A stretch of DNA of 64,000 bases from an uncultured Gemmatimonadales bacterium (GTDB lineage Bacteria > Gemmatimonadota > Gemmatimonadetes > Gemmatimonadales > GWC2-71-9), in the NCBI GenBank assembly GCA_963739455.1, contig CAVUAK010000003.1, positions 384,001 to 448,000 on the forward strand, read 5' to 3'. The number at the start of each line of letters is the position of its first letter. Position 1 is the stretch's first letter. Of this stretch, positions 21,753-35,055 are shown one piece after another. Position numbers and translations under genes: made by a program. Under the pieces are notes generated by a model. It was not told the DNA's origin and made no database searches. It saw nothing but the letters and a program-made list of their open reading frames with translations.

Positions 21753-22289
21753 ATGATCAGTCCCAGGATGCAGGACGCGCTGAACGAACAGATCCGGAAC
21801 GAGTTCTTCTCGTCCGTCACCTACCTGTCGATGTCGGCCCACTTCGAGCACCAGAACCTCCCCGGATTCGCGGCCTGGATGCGCGCGCAGGCGGGCGAGG
21901 AGCATGTCCACGCCATGAAGATCTTCGACCATGTGCTCGATCGAGGCGGACAGGTGAAGATGCTGGCGATCGCGCAGCCGCCGGTCCAGTTCGATGCGGC
22001 GCTCTCCGTGTTCGAGGCTGCGCTGCAGCAGGAGCGCGCCGTCACCAAGAGCATCCACGACCTGTACGCCATGGCCATGGAGACAAAGGACTACCCGGCT
22101 CGTGTGTTCCTCGACTGGTTCGTGAATGAGCAGGTGGAGGAAGAGAAGACGGCGGAACTCATCGTGGAGCAGCTCAAGATGGTGGGCGAAGATCGCCCTG
22201 CGCTGCTGCTGCTCGATCGTGAGCTCGGCCAGCGGAAGGGTGACGGCGGCGATCACAAGAAGAAGAAGGACGACGGGCATCATGGCTGA
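21753..22289 (+). CDS. ftnA: Non-heme ferritin
   Basis: LNEQIRNEFFSS, EEHVHAMK, WFVNEQVEEE. Confidence 0.92.
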   Translation: MISPRMQDALNEQIRNEFFSSVTYLSMSAHFEHQNLPGFAAWMRAQAGEEHVHAMKIFDHVLDRGGQVKMLAIAQPPVQFDAALSVFEAALQQERAVTKSIHDLYAMAMETKDYPARVFLDWFVNEQVEEEKTAELIVEQLKMVGEDRPALLLLDRELGQRKGDGGDHKKKKDDGHHG

Positions 22290-22307
22290 TGCGCGCGAGG
22301 CATCGCG

Positions 22308-23198
22308 ATGACCACAGTCGCATTCCTCGGGCTCGGTGCGATCGGCCGTCCGATGGCCGTTCGGGTGGCGGCGCGCTTTCCCCTGACGGTGTGGAACCGC
22401 ACCGCGGCGCGCGCCACTGAACTCGCCGCCGAGGTGGGTGCCCGCGCGGCGGCTACGCCCCGCCAGGCCGTGGCGGGTGCCCCGATCGTGATCACCTGTC
22501 TCCCGACTTCTGCTGAGGTCGAGGCGCTGCTCGACGGGCCCGATGGACTTCTTGCCGGCTTCGAGCAGGGCGCACTGCTCGTCGATTGCACGTCGGGTGA
22601 TCCCGCCAGCAGCCGTCGCATCGCGGCGCGACTGGAGCCACTGGGCTTCGGCTTTGTCGACGCACCAGTGAGTGGCGGCACCAACGGCGCGGAGGGCGGC
22701 ACCCTCACGGTCATGGTCGGCGGCGATCCGCAGTTGTTCGACAAGGCTGCGCCGGTGCTCGCGGCGTTCGGCTCGCGGATCGTGCGGATGGGGCCGGTGG
22801 GGACGGGCCACGCCATGAAGGCGGTCAACAACGCGCTCCTGGCGGTCAACATCCTCGCCGTGGGCGAAGGACTCGCCGCACTCATCAAGGCGGGTGTGCC
22901 GGCACGCACGGCGGTCAACGTGCTCAACGCATCGAGTGGCCGGTCGTTCGTGAGCGAGATGCTGGTGCCTGAGCGCGTGCTGACCGGTGCGTTCCCGAAG
23001 ACCTTCAAGCTGACGCTGCTGCAGAAGGATGCCGGCATCGCCGCCGGCCTGCTCCGCGACACGGGTGTTCCCGGGCCCATCATCGATCTCGCGCACAAGC
23101 TCTATGGCGAGGCGCGTGCGAAACTCGGTGACGGAGCCGACTACCTCGAGGCAGTCAAGGTCATTGAGGCACAAGCTGGGATCGAGATTCGGGGATGA
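22308..23198 (+). CDS. Beta-hydroxyacid dehydrogenase (MmsB/GarR family)
   Basis: FLGLGAIG, DAPVSGG, K(AV)NN, KDA. Confidence 0.88.
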   Translation: MTTVAFLGLGAIGRPMAVRVAARFPLTVWNRTAARATELAAEVGARAAATPRQAVAGAPIVITCLPTSAEVEALLDGPDGLLAGFEQGALLVDCTSGDPASSRRIAARLEPLGFGFVDAPVSGGTNGAEGGTLTVMVGGDPQLFDKAAPVLAAFGSRIVRMGPVGTGHAMKAVNNALLAVNILAVGEGLAALIKAGVPARTAVNVLNASSGRSFVSEMLVPERVLTGAFPKTFKLTLLQKDAGIAAGLLRDTGVPGPIIDLAHKLYGEARAKLGDGADYLEAVKVIEAQAGIEIRG

Positions 23199-23238
23199 CC
23201 TTCCTGCCGCCCCGCCGCCCTGACTCCTTGCCGCTCCT

Positions 23239-24099
23239 GTGAGCCTTCCGGTCCCGGTCCACCTGGTCCTGATCGCACCACAGGACATCGTGAACGTGGC
23301 GAGTGCGGTGCGCATCTGCCGCAACTTCGGCATCACAAGCATGCGGGTCGTGGCGCCGGAGGTGGAGCTCGACGCGTATCGCATCGAGGGCGTTGCGCAC
23401 AACACTGCGGAGTTCATTTCCCGGATCGAGGTATACGACACGCTCGAGCCGGCACTCGCCGATTGTGTGCAGGCGATGGTGCTCACCGGCCGCGAGCGTG
23501 CTGCCAAGCGCCGCGTGATCCGGCCGCGCGAGGCCGCGTCGGAACTGCTCGACTGGGGCGTGAGCGGGCCGGTGGCCATCGTGGCGGGCCGTGAGGATCA
23601 TGGACTCACCAACGAGGAGCTCGACGCCTGCCACACCCTCGTCACGATATCGACCGACCCGACCTACACCTCGCTCAACCTGGCGCAAGCAATTGCCGTG
23701 ATGTGTTACGAGGTGTGGACGGCGGCGGGCGGTGACAAGGTGCCGTTCAAGAAGCCGCGCCGTGCAGCGAAGCCCGCGACGCTGGCAGAGCAGGAACTGA
23801 TGTTCAACGACTGGGTGCGGACGCTGTCCGCCATCGAGTTCTTCAAGACACGGCAGTACGACAACGTGGTGCGATCGCTGCGCGAGACGTTCTTCCGCGC
23901 GGGGCTCGACCAGCGCGAAGCAAAGCTCTTCCGCGCCATGAGCATCGAGGTGATCCATTTCCTCCGGCGCATGGGCGTCACCCTGCCAGACGTCGGGCGT
24001 CCCGGGTCGCTCCCCAGGCTGGTGGAATCGGACGCGCTGAACGAGCAGGTTGAGGCCTCGGCCGGGGCTCCGGGAACGACCAGAGACGCCGCCGGGTAG
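23239..24099 (+). CDS. SPOUT tRNA methyltransferase, TrmJ/LasT family
   Basis: GREDHGLTNEEL, SLNLAQAIAVMCYE. Confidence 0.85.
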   Translation: MSLPVPVHLVLIAPQDIVNVASAVRICRNFGITSMRVVAPEVELDAYRIEGVAHNTAEFISRIEVYDTLEPALADCVQAMVLTGRERAAKRRVIRPREAASELLDWGVSGPVAIVAGREDHGLTNEELDACHTLVTISTDPTYTSLNLAQAIAVMCYEVWTAAGGDKVPFKKPRRAAKPATLAEQELMFNDWVRTLSAIEFFKTRQYDNVVRSLRETFFRAGLDQREAKLFRAMSIEVIHFLRRMGVTLPDVGRPGSLPRLVESDALNEQVEASAGAPGTTRDAAG

Positions 24100-24213
24100 T
24101 CTTCCGGAGCCGGAACAGGTAGTGGTTCCTTCCGGATGGCCTGTCCGGGTTGTGTTATCACCATTGGTGACTGTACCTTAGCTGGCCTTCGAGGGTGCAT
24201 CTTGACGGCACCC

Positions 24214-24231
24214 TTGTGATTTTTTTCACAA
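24214..24231. promoter_or_regulatory. Rex/CRP-type palindromic operator upstream of actA
   Basis: TTGTGATTTTTTTCACAA; TATCTT -10-like element at 24238. Confidence 0.7.
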
Positions 24232-24309
24232 GATCGATATCTTACCTGTGCCGCGGCGTTCCGCTGCGGCATTCGCGCGGTCGGTTCTCCCCTGAGCGGT
24301 GAAGCGATA

Positions 24310-24888
24310 ATGCGGAAGTCGGCATGGATAATGGTGGGTGCAGGTGCGGCGGCGATCCTCGCGGTCGCGGCCATTGGACGGCCTTCCGGCGCGCAGCAGC
24401 CGGCGGCGCCGCCCAGTGTCGTGCTGGCGGCGTCCGATTCAGCGGCGTTCAAGGGTCCGCGCCAGCCGGTCTATTTCCGCCACGATATCCATGCCGGCCA
24501 GTACCAGATCACCTGCCAGTACTGCCACTACTCGGTGGCGGTGAGCAGCGAGCCGGGCATTCCATCCATGCAGACCTGCATGGGGTGTCACCTCATCGTG
24601 GGCGGCAGCGACAGCGCCAACCAGCTCCAGATCGCGAAGGTGCGGCAGGCGTGGAACGACAAGAAGCCCATCGAGTGGGTTCGCGTGCATTCCCTGGCCC
24701 GTCACGTTCACTTCCCGCATTCGCAGCACATCAAGGCAATGGGGCCGAATGCATGCGCCACCTGTCATGGCGACGTGACCCGCATGCCCCAGGTGTACAA
24801 GGTGAACAACATCAACAACATGGGATGGTGCATCAACTGCCATCTCGCGCGGGATGTGCAGCGCGACTGCACAGCGTGTCACTACTAG
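24310..24888 (+). CDS. actA: ACIII pentaheme cytochrome c subunit
   Basis: N-terminal TM and five CxxCH motifs. Confidence 0.9.
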   Translation: MRKSAWIMVGAGAAAILAVAAIGRPSGAQQPAAPPSVVLAASDSAAFKGPRQPVYFRHDIHAGQYQITCQYCHYSVAVSSEPGIPSMQTCMGCHLIVGGSDSANQLQIAKVRQAWNDKKPIEWVRVHSLARHVHFPHSQHIKAMGPNACATCHGDVTRMPQVYKVNNINNMGWCINCHLARDVQRDCTACHY

Positions 24889-24895
24889 GAACCAG

Positions 24896-24954
24896 GACGT
24901 GAGGACGTGAGGACGTGAAGTCATCGAGTCTTCAAGTCCTCACGCTTTCAAGCC
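24896..24954. repeat. GACGTGAR x3 followed by degenerate inverse copies
   Basis: GACGTGAG GACGTGAG GACGTGAA ... TTCAAGTC CTCACGCT TTCAAGCC. Confidence 0.75.
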
Positions 24955-24968
24955 CCATCGGAGCCTGA

Positions 24969-27983
<3,015 letters not shown>

Positions 27984-27984
<1 letters not shown>

Positions 27985-29335
27985 TGGCCGTGATCGCCCA
28001 GCCGCCCCCGACGCAGACCCACGGCGACGTCACCCGCGACGTCGTCGGCACGCTCTCGCCGGCCACGCGCGGATACAACCTGATGCTGGCGGGGGCCGTC
28101 GGCCTCTTCCTGGTGGGCGTCGTCACCTTCACGCTCATCCTGCGTGACGGACTCGGACTCGCCGGCTACCAGCCGCCGATCTTCTGGTCGGTGTTCATCA
28201 CCACGTTCGTGTTCTGGGTCGGCATCGGCCACGCCGGTACGCTCATCTCGGCGATCCTGTTCCTGTTCCGCTCGCCCTGGCGCACCGCGGTCTACCGCGC
28301 CACCGAGGCGATGACGGTGTTCGCCGTCATGACGGCCGGCCTGTTCCCGATCATCCACATCGGGCGCCAGTGGATCTTCTACTGGCTGCTGCCGTACCCG
28401 AACCAGCGGTACCTCTGGCCCAACTTCAAGTCACCGCTCGTGTGGGACGTCTTCGCGATCGGGACGTACCTCACGGTCTCCACCCTGTTCCTGTTCTTCG
28501 GCCTCATCCCCGATGTCGCCGCGGTGCGCGACAAGGCGACGGGCTGGCGGAAGCAGGTGTACGGCGCGCTCTCGCTCAACTGGCAGGGCACCGACAACCA
28601 GTGGCGGCACTACTCACGGGCCTACCTGTACCTCGCCGCCCTCGCGACGCCGCTGGTGCTCTCGGTGCACTCCGTCGTGTCCTGGGACTTCGCCAGTCGC
28701 TCATCCCCGGCTGGCACGCCACCATCTTCGCCCCGTACTTCGTGGCGGGCGCCATCTTCTCCGGCGTCGGCATGGTGTTCACGCTGCTGATCCCGCTTCG
28801 CAAGCACCTGAAGCTCGAGCACATGATCACCGACTACCACTTCGACAACATGTCGAAGCTGACGCTGTTCACCGGGACGATCCTCTTCTATGCCTACGGC
28901 ATGGAGTACTTCGTCGCCTGGTACAGCGGCGAACACCTTCGAGCAGACCACCTTCTGGCGCCGGGCCTTCGGGCCGATACTGGTGGGGCGGCTGGGCGAT
29001 GATCATCTGCAACGGGTTCGTGTCCGCAGCTGCTCTGGTTCAAGAAGGTCCGGGTCAACCTGACGGCGCTCTTCGTCATCTCGATCTTCATCAACATCGG
29101 CATGTGGTTCGAGCGCTACGTGATCATCAACTCGCTGTCGAACGACTATGTCCCGTATGCGTGGGACAGCATGGTGCCCACCTGGGCGGACTGGGGCATT
29201 CTCGCCGGGTCCTTCGGCTGGTTCGGCATGTGGTTCCTGCTCTTCGCCAAGAACTTCCCGATCGTGGCGATCCAGGAGATCAAGGAGTTCATCCCCATGC
29301 CGCGCAAGCACGCGGCCAGCGCGGGGCATCACTGA
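27984..29335 (+). CDS. actC: ACIII ActC, NrfD-type quinol-binding subunit (frameshifts ~28695, ~28930, ~29025)
   Basis: [45 protein letters not shown]. Confidence 0.92.
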
Positions 29336-29853
29336 TGGCCAGGAAGACGGCGGTCACTCCGGGAGTCCTCGCGTCGTTCGAGCACATCGACGTCGCCTGT
29401 GACACCATCAAGGCACTGCGGGCCAAGGGCCGGAAGGACATCACGGTCTACTACTCGCACCCCAGCCATGAACTCGAGGAGGCGTGCGGCCACAAGGTGA
29501 GCCCGGTGCGGCTGTTCACCCTCATCGGCGGCCTCACCGGCACCACCGCGGCCTTCTCCATGCAGATCTGGATGAACCGCAGCTGGCCGTTGCTCGTGGG
29601 CGGCAAGCCAATCGTGGCGATCCCCGCGTTCGTCGTGATCGGGTTCGAGCTCACGGTGCTCATCGGAGCGTTGTCCACCCTCTTCGGGGTGTTCTTCCTC
29701 TCGACCATCCTGCGGCACAAGGGCGTGACCTACGACGGGCGCTTCAGCGACGATCGCATCGGTGTATTCGTGCCGGCCGGCCCCGACCAGGCGGCGGGCC
29801 TCGAGAAGATGTTCAAGGATGCCGGGGCGGTGGAGGTGAAGCGTGCGGCTTAG
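29335..29853 (+). CDS. actD: ACIII ActD (DUF3341)
   Basis: VGGKP..IPAFVVIGFELTVL, two TMs. Confidence 0.88.
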   Translation: MARKTAVTPGVLASFEHIDVACDTIKALRAKGRKDITVYYSHPSHELEEACGHKVSPVRLFTLIGGLTGTTAAFSMQIWMNRSWPLLVGGKPIVAIPAFVVIGFELTVLIGALSTLFGVFFLSTILRHKGVTYDGRFSDDRIGVFVPAGPDQAAGLEKMFKDAGAVEVKRAA

Positions 29854-30505
29854 CTCCTGGTTGCGCACCGTGGCGCTGGCGGCGCTCACCCTGTCGACGG
29901 GTGCGTGTGACTACTGGTATAACACCGTGCCGTCGCCCGACCAGCTCTGGTACCACATTCCGTGGTTCGACCAGATGATCTACATGCGGTCGATCCGGCC
30001 GTATTCCAGCAACGATGTGCCGCGCTACACCGTGAAGGGGACGGTTCCCATCGGTGGCGGTGAGGCGGACTGGGACACCGGCGATGCGTCGGTCGGCGCC
30101 TATGCATTCGACGCGGCCGTCGCCGACAAGCTCGCCAACCCCACCACCACGGGTGGCGTGGCGGCGCAGCCCGGTCCCGACCTGCCGGTCATTCCCGGAG
30201 ATCTCGCGGCGAAGGGCGATACCCTCTTCAACACCTACTGCGCCACCTGCCACGGTCACACCGGGGCGGGGAATGGCCCGGTGTCGGCCCGCATGGTGGG
30301 CATTCCCTCGCTGCTGACGGCGCAGGCCCGCGGCTATACCGACGGCTACCTCTACAGCATGATCCGGTACGGGCGGGGGCTCATGCCCAAGTACGGCGAC
30401 AAGGTGCCGAACCCCACCAATCGCTGGGCCATCGTGAATCACCTGCGGACGCTGCAGGCTCAGTCACCACTGCCGGCAGCGGCCCCGACCGGAGGCAAGA
30501 ACTGA
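29843..30505 (+). CDS. actE: ACIII ActE monoheme cytochrome c lipoprotein
   Basis: Lipobox-like TGAC, CATCH, GLMPKY. Confidence 0.85.
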   Translation: MRLSSWLRTVALAALTLSTGACDYWYNTVPSPDQLWYHIPWFDQMIYMRSIRPYSSNDVPRYTVKGTVPIGGGEADWDTGDASVGAYAFDAAVADKLANPTTTGGVAAQPGPDLPVIPGDLAAKGDTLFNTYCATCHGHTGAGNGPVSARMVGIPSLLTAQARGYTDGYLYSMIRYGRGLMPKYGDKVPNPTNRWAIVNHLRTLQAQSPLPAAAPTGGKN

Positions 30506-31851
30506 TGGCGCCGCGCAAGCTCCGCCAGCGCCTGGTCGAGGCATCGCTCGCCGGTCGCTACGACATCCACCTCGGCGTGGGCCTTGGCCTGGCCCTGCTG
30601 GGCCTGGTGCTGTTCCCGCTCGCGCTGCGGGGCGGGAATGCCGATCGCGCCTGGCAGATGTTCCACGTCAACTGGATCTACTTCACCGGCATAACCGGTG
30701 GCAGCATCGCGCTGGCGGCAGTGCACAAGGTGGTGAACGCCCGCTGGTCCGGCATGGTGATCCGCTTCGCCGAGGCCGTGGTCGCCTTCACGCCGATATC
30801 GCTGCTCGGGTGCGTGCTGGTCTACACCGTGGGCTATCCCCACATCTACGGCCACATGCAGGAGCAGTTGCCGGCGATGTCGCACGCCAAGCAGGTGTGG
30901 CTCTCTCACGGTGCCATGTTTGCCCGGATCTTCATCGGCCTGTGCGTGCTGTACTGGGTGGGCTGGAAGCTGATTCGCACTGATCTCGTGCCCGATGTCT
31001 TCGCGGCGAAGGGGCTGGCCACCGGCGGTCGGCGCGCGATGTTCGAGCGCTGGACGAGGAACTTTGACGGGTCGGAAGGCGCCATTGAGCAGGTGGAGCG
31101 CCGGCTCAAGACCCTCGGGCCGATCTACGTCATCATCTACGCTCTTGTGTTCACCATGGTGGCGTTCGACGGCATCATGGCGCTTCAGCCGCACTGGTTC
31201 TCCAACCTGCTCGGCGGCTGGTACTTCATGGGCTCGTTCCTGGGCGCGCACATGTTGCTGGCGCTCAACATGATCTACGGCGGGAAGCACCTGGGCGTCG
31301 AGGACCTGATCTCGGGCAAGCAGCGCCACGACCTCGGCAAGCTCTGCTTCGGCTTCTCGGTGTTCTGGACCTACCTGATGTGGGCCCAGTTCCAGGTGAT
31401 CTGGTACGCCAACCTGCCGGAGGAAACCGGCTTCGTCTTCGCCCGGCTCTGGGGCCCCTGGGTCCCGGTGGCCAAGGCCGTGCTCTCGGGCATGTTCTTC
31501 ATCCCGTTTGCCGTACTGCTCGGCGTGGCGCCGAAGAAGAGCCGGCTCATTCTCGGCACCATTGCCTGCGTCAGCCTCACGGCGCTGTTCCTGGAGCGCT
31601 ACCTGATGGTCATGCCCTCGGTGAGCGAGGAGAACGGTCCCGTGTTCGGCATGCCGGAACTCGGGCCGACGGCGCTCTTCTTCGGCCTCTTCCTGGCAAC
31701 GTACGCGTTGTGGGCCCGCACCTATCCCATGATCTCGCCGCGCCTCGCCGAGATCACGCTCGACCGCGAAGTGCACCATCACGAGACGGAGACCTACGAT
31801 CACGAAGACACGGACAAGGACTTCGTGCACGAAGGGGATCTGGAGAAGTAG
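30505..31851 (+). CDS. actF: ACIII ActF membrane subunit
   Basis: About 10 TMs, HDLGKL, QFQVIWYANLPEE. Confidence 0.88.
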   Translation: MAPRKLRQRLVEASLAGRYDIHLGVGLGLALLGLVLFPLALRGGNADRAWQMFHVNWIYFTGITGGSIALAAVHKVVNARWSGMVIRFAEAVVAFTPISLLGCVLVYTVGYPHIYGHMQEQLPAMSHAKQVWLSHGAMFARIFIGLCVLYWVGWKLIRTDLVPDVFAAKGLATGGRRAMFERWTRNFDGSEGAIEQVERRLKTLGPIYVIIYALVFTMVAFDGIMALQPHWFSNLLGGWYFMGSFLGAHMLLALNMIYGGKHLGVEDLISGKQRHDLGKLCFGFSVFWTYLMWAQFQVIWYANLPEETGFVFARLWGPWVPVAKAVLSGMFFIPFAVLLGVAPKKSRLILGTIACVSLTALFLERYLMVMPSVSEENGPVFGMPELGPTALFFGLFLATYALWARTYPMISPRLAEITLDREVHHHETETYDHEDTDKDFVHEGDLEK

Positions 31852-31988
31852 ACGTGAGGACGTGAGGACGTGAGGACGTGAAGAAGGGGGCGGAATCGCG
31901 TGATTCCGCCCCCTTCTTCGCTTTCCCCCGACCTCACGTCTTCACGTCTTCACGTCTTCACGTCTTCACGTCTTCACGTCTTCACGTC
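31851..31988. repeat. Inverted octamer arrays around an 18-bp hairpin (bidirectional terminator region)
   Basis: (GACGTGAR)x4, GAAGAAGGGGGCGGAATC-GCGT-GATTCCGCCCCCTTCTTC, (YTCACGTC)x7. Confidence 0.9.
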
Positions 31989-32930
31989 CTATTTCACCCT
32001 CTGCGCCGCGTTCACCCGCCGGATCATCGCCCGGAGTGAATCGGGCGGAAGTTCGCCGGTGACCACCAGCATGCGATCACCCCGCTGCATTGCCTCGGCC
32101 GGCCTTCCGGCCGAGTCGAGGCCACCGTCGCCGCGCCGCGAGAGAAGCTGGGTCACGTCCGCCGCTGGACCCTCGATGGTCTGGATGACCTGGCCGGACG
32201 AGAGCCGCTGCGCCACCACCATCATTGGGGAACCACCCTCACGGCTCGGCTGGACCTGCACCTCTTCCACTGGTACCCCCTCGATACGCGCAGGCGACTT
32301 CCCCGCCACATCCTGTGCCTTGTCCCATGGCACCGTGCGCCAATAGCCCTGAAGACCCGGGTCGGCGTCGGTCGGCAGCGCGGAGGTGGAGGATTCAACG
32401 GAAGGAGGTGACGAACCATCGGGTGCCGGGGCGATTTCCTCGGGGGCCGGCGTGGCAATGGCCACAGGTCGAATCGCCGGACGGCGGCTGACACGCATCG
32501 AGGCCGGAACAACGGACTGCGTCGCAAGGGGAGACACGCTTTGTCCCCCGGTCGTCGCCGTCGTCACTGCCGCGACTGCTGCAGGCGTGCCCTCGGGAGT
32601 GCGGGACGCTGATCCCACCGACCGGATCCCGTATCCCAGCCCCAGCGCGCCGACCAGGCTGGCCGCCCAGAGCGCACGGCGGTTCCGCTGCCGGCGCGGG
32701 GCGCGCGCGAGCTGGCGGCGGTTCAGTTCCTCGAGCGACACGGGAATGCGACGGGCAGGGGCGAGGGTACCGAGCAGGAGCGTCGTCTGGTCGCGCAGCG
32801 CAGCGATCGCGTCGCGCTGGCTGCTGCAGAAGCCGCAGCTGGCCAGGTGGCTCTCGATTACCACGCATCGCGACCGGCTCAGCGCCTGGTCGAGATATGC
32901 GTGCAGCTCGTCCTCAAGAATGTGCGACAT
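31989..32930 (-). CDS. Zinc-binding anti-sigma factor (zf-HC2) with TM
   Basis: H..AYLD..HLASCGFC, TM helix, overlaps the sigma gene. Confidence 0.85.
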   Translation of the reverse strand: MSHILEDELHAYLDQALSRSRCVVIESHLASCGFCSSQRDAIAALRDQTTLLLGTLAPARRIPVSLEELNRRQLARAPRRQRNRRALWAASLVGALGLGYGIRSVGSASRTPEGTPAAVAAVTTATTGGQSVSPLATQSVVPASMRVSRRPAIRPVAIATPAPEEIAPAPDGSSPPSVESSTSALPTDADPGLQGYWRTVPWDKAQDVAGKSPARIEGVPVEEVQVQPSREGGSPMMVVAQRLSSGQVIQTIEGPAADVTQLLSRRGDGGLDSAGRPAEAMQRGDRMLVVTGELPPDSLRAMIRRVNAAQRVK

Positions 32931-33429
32931 CGGCCTCGTGGTAGTTCTGGCGTTCGTGCGCTTCGACCAGCCGGCGACGTGCCCTGGCCAGCGTGGTGCC
33001 GATGGCCCCCACGGCCAGCCCGGACTGCTCGGCGATCTCTGGATAGCTCATTCCTGCATCCCACAGCAACAGCACTTCCTGGTCCCGCGAGGAGAGCGTG
33101 CCCAGCGCCAGCTTGACCTGCTCGCTCTGTTCATCGTCCTCGACCTGTTCCTCGGCGTCGCGGGCCCTGGAGGGCATCACTCCCGGCTCCGACTGCATCA
33201 GCACCAGATGGCGCCGCCTCCGGATCGCCGCCCTGGCCTCGTCGCGCGCCAGGTTAGCCGCCACCGCAAAGATCCACGCCCGCGGCTTTTCCGGCCGGTG
33301 CGCCAGCAGACGCATGAAGACTTCCTGCGCCAGGTCCTCGGCGCGATCGGCATCCCAGACCTTGCGGTAGAGGTACCGAACGACCGCGGTATAGGTGCTC
33401 TGGTAGAGTTCTTCGAGTTCGTCTGCCAT
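32914..33429 (-). CDS. ECF RNA polymerase sigma factor
   Basis: AEDLAQEVF, WIFAVAANLARD, SYPEIA..RAR. Confidence 0.92.
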   Translation of the reverse strand: MADELEELYQSTYTAVVRYLYRKVWDADRAEDLAQEVFMRLLAHRPEKPRAWIFAVAANLARDEARAAIRRRRHLVLMQSEPGVMPSRARDAEEQVEDDEQSEQVKLALGTLSSRDQEVLLLWDAGMSYPEIAEQSGLAVGAIGTTLARARRRLVEAHERQNYHEADVAHS

Positions 33430-33552
33430 CAGGCCCTCCAACGGGACCCTGCGCCGACTAACGAGACTTGTGCCTAATCACAGCATAGACGTCAGAACGC
33501 ATTGAAGTTGCACACTTTCTGCCTACCCGGGAAGTGCCCACCCACTTCCAGC

Positions 33553-34335
33553 CTAGCCGCCCTTTTTCGCCCGTTTCCGGCCCTGAAACACGCATCCTGG
33601 GTGCAGTCCCTTGCCCTTTGGCGGCCACTCGAAGCACAGGTCCGGCTTGGCCGTCCGGCCGTCTGCCCGCTGACGCCCGTGGAGCGTGCAGGCCACCCCG
33701 CCATCCTCGATGAACCCGCAGGCAGAAATCATCTCGACGTCGATCGAGAAGTCGCCTTCCCGCCCCACCTTGCACAGGTAGGGTGACTTCCGGTGCCGCA
33801 CGAGCGCCTCCAGGAACTTCTGCTTCCGGGTGCACATGATCTCGACCTGCAGGTCCCGGCAGCAGGCGGCTCCCCGCTTGTGGTCCGATGTCTCGCAGGG
33901 CGCTCCCTCGCACGGGTTGCCGGAGTCGGTGCTGAGCACCGGCAGGGAGCGTGGCGGGGTTGGCGGCGGGAAGTGCCGGTTCACCACCTTCATCCGGTCC
34001 ACAACCCGGAACCGGTCCTTCCCCAGTTGCCTGGGCTGCTCCTGAACCCGGGGTGGCCGCGGGGTGCGCCCCTCGAAGCCGTGGGCGGCGCACCGCGACT
34101 GGCCGTCACCGAAGCTTTTCAGGTGCCGACAGGGTACATGCAGCACGGCGTCGACATACAGCTCGCCCTCCCCGGTCCACACCTCGCCGAACGAGATGCG
34201 CTGCGTATGGCCCAGGAGCCAGGTTGCCTCATGATCCAGGGAGGCAGCCCCCTCCTCCAGGGACCCGATGCGCAGCAACACGTCGAGCGCCTGGCACTGG
34301 CGGCCAAGAGATTCACAGCCTGGGGGAGCGCTCAT
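33553..34335 (-). CDS. Cys-rich protein, YkgJ/CxxCxxCC-like with two related halves
   Basis: AACCRDL, CGFI..CTLHG..PDLCFEWP, PCRHL..CAAHG. Confidence 0.65.
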   Translation of the reverse strand: MSAPPGCESLGRQCQALDVLLRIGSLEEGAASLDHEATWLLGHTQRISFGEVWTGEGELYVDAVLHVPCRHLKSFGDGQSRCAAHGFEGRTPRPPRVQEQPRQLGKDRFRVVDRMKVVNRHFPPPTPPRSLPVLSTDSGNPCEGAPCETSDHKRGAACCRDLQVEIMCTRKQKFLEALVRHRKSPYLCKVGREGDFSIDVEMISACGFIEDGGVACTLHGRQRADGRTAKPDLCFEWPPKGKGLHPGCVFQGRKRAKKGG

Positions 34336-34394
34336 GGCTTCCGATCGGGTGTTCGAGGGGGGAACTGCGCCAAGCTACCCGGTTTACCCCGGAC

Positions 34395-34412
34395 TTGTGA
34401 AGCGTTTCACGA
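34395..34412. promoter_or_regulatory. Rex/CRP-type operator upstream of the cupredoxin gene
   Basis: TTGTGAAGCGTTTCACGA. Confidence 0.65.
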
Positions 34413-34479
34413 ACCGTATTTTCCGCACCGGTATACCGGTATGCCCGAAGCTGTTCACCCCTGTGGAGGCTTGATCGCA

Positions 34480-34980
34480 ATGCGTGGAAATTTCCTGGTG
34501 GCGGGTGCGGTGCTGTTCCTGGCCGCGTGCGGTGGCGAGAAGAAGGCGGAGGCGCCAGCCGCTGCCGCCCCGGATGCGGCGGCCCCGGCTGCGGCGCCTG
34601 CGGCTGAAGCTCCGGCCATGTCGGCGGCCCCGGCCCCGACCGGCGCCACGATCGACGTGAACATGGAACTGGTCGGCAGCACCTACAAGTACGATCCAGC
34701 GACCATCAGCGCCAAGGCTGGCGACGTGATCCGGTTCCACAACAAGAGCGGTGGTCCGCACAACGTCGCGTTCGATGCCGCCGGCATTCCCTCCGGTTCC
34801 GCCGGTGCAATCGATGCCGCGCTCGGCGCCACCAAGATGGGTCCCCTCATGGGCGCCCTCCTGGTCGAGCCGGATGCCATCTTCACGTTCTCGACCGCGG
34901 GCCTCCCGGCCGGCACGTACAACTTCCACTGCACGCCGCACCAGGCGCTCGGCATGAAGGGTGTATTGACGATCAGCTGA
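34480..34980 (+). CDS. Lipoprotein blue-copper protein (plastocyanin/auracyanin-like)
   Basis: Lipobox LAAC, Ala/Pro linker, HNV..CTPH..M type-1 Cu ligands. Confidence 0.9.
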   Translation: MRGNFLVAGAVLFLAACGGEKKAEAPAAAAPDAAAPAAAPAAEAPAMSAAPAPTGATIDVNMELVGSTYKYDPATISAKAGDVIRFHNKSGGPHNVAFDAAGIPSGSAGAIDAALGATKMGPLMGALLVEPDAIFTFSTAGLPAGTYNFHCTPHQALGMKGVLTIS

Positions 34981-34999
34981 ACCGCGTGAGGAGTAACGG

Positions 35000-35045
35000 G
35001 TGAGGGGTGAGGGGGGTTCGTTCCTCCTCACCCCTCACGCTTTTT
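35000..35045 (+). terminator. Intrinsic terminator
   Basis: GTGAGGGGTGAGG / CCTCACCCCTCAC stem followed by TTTTT. Confidence 0.75.
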
Positions 35046-35055
35046 CAGTTCCTCC

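Noticed and set aside
31851..31988. CRISPR array
   Set aside because: Units are 8 bp with no spacers and there are no cas genes.
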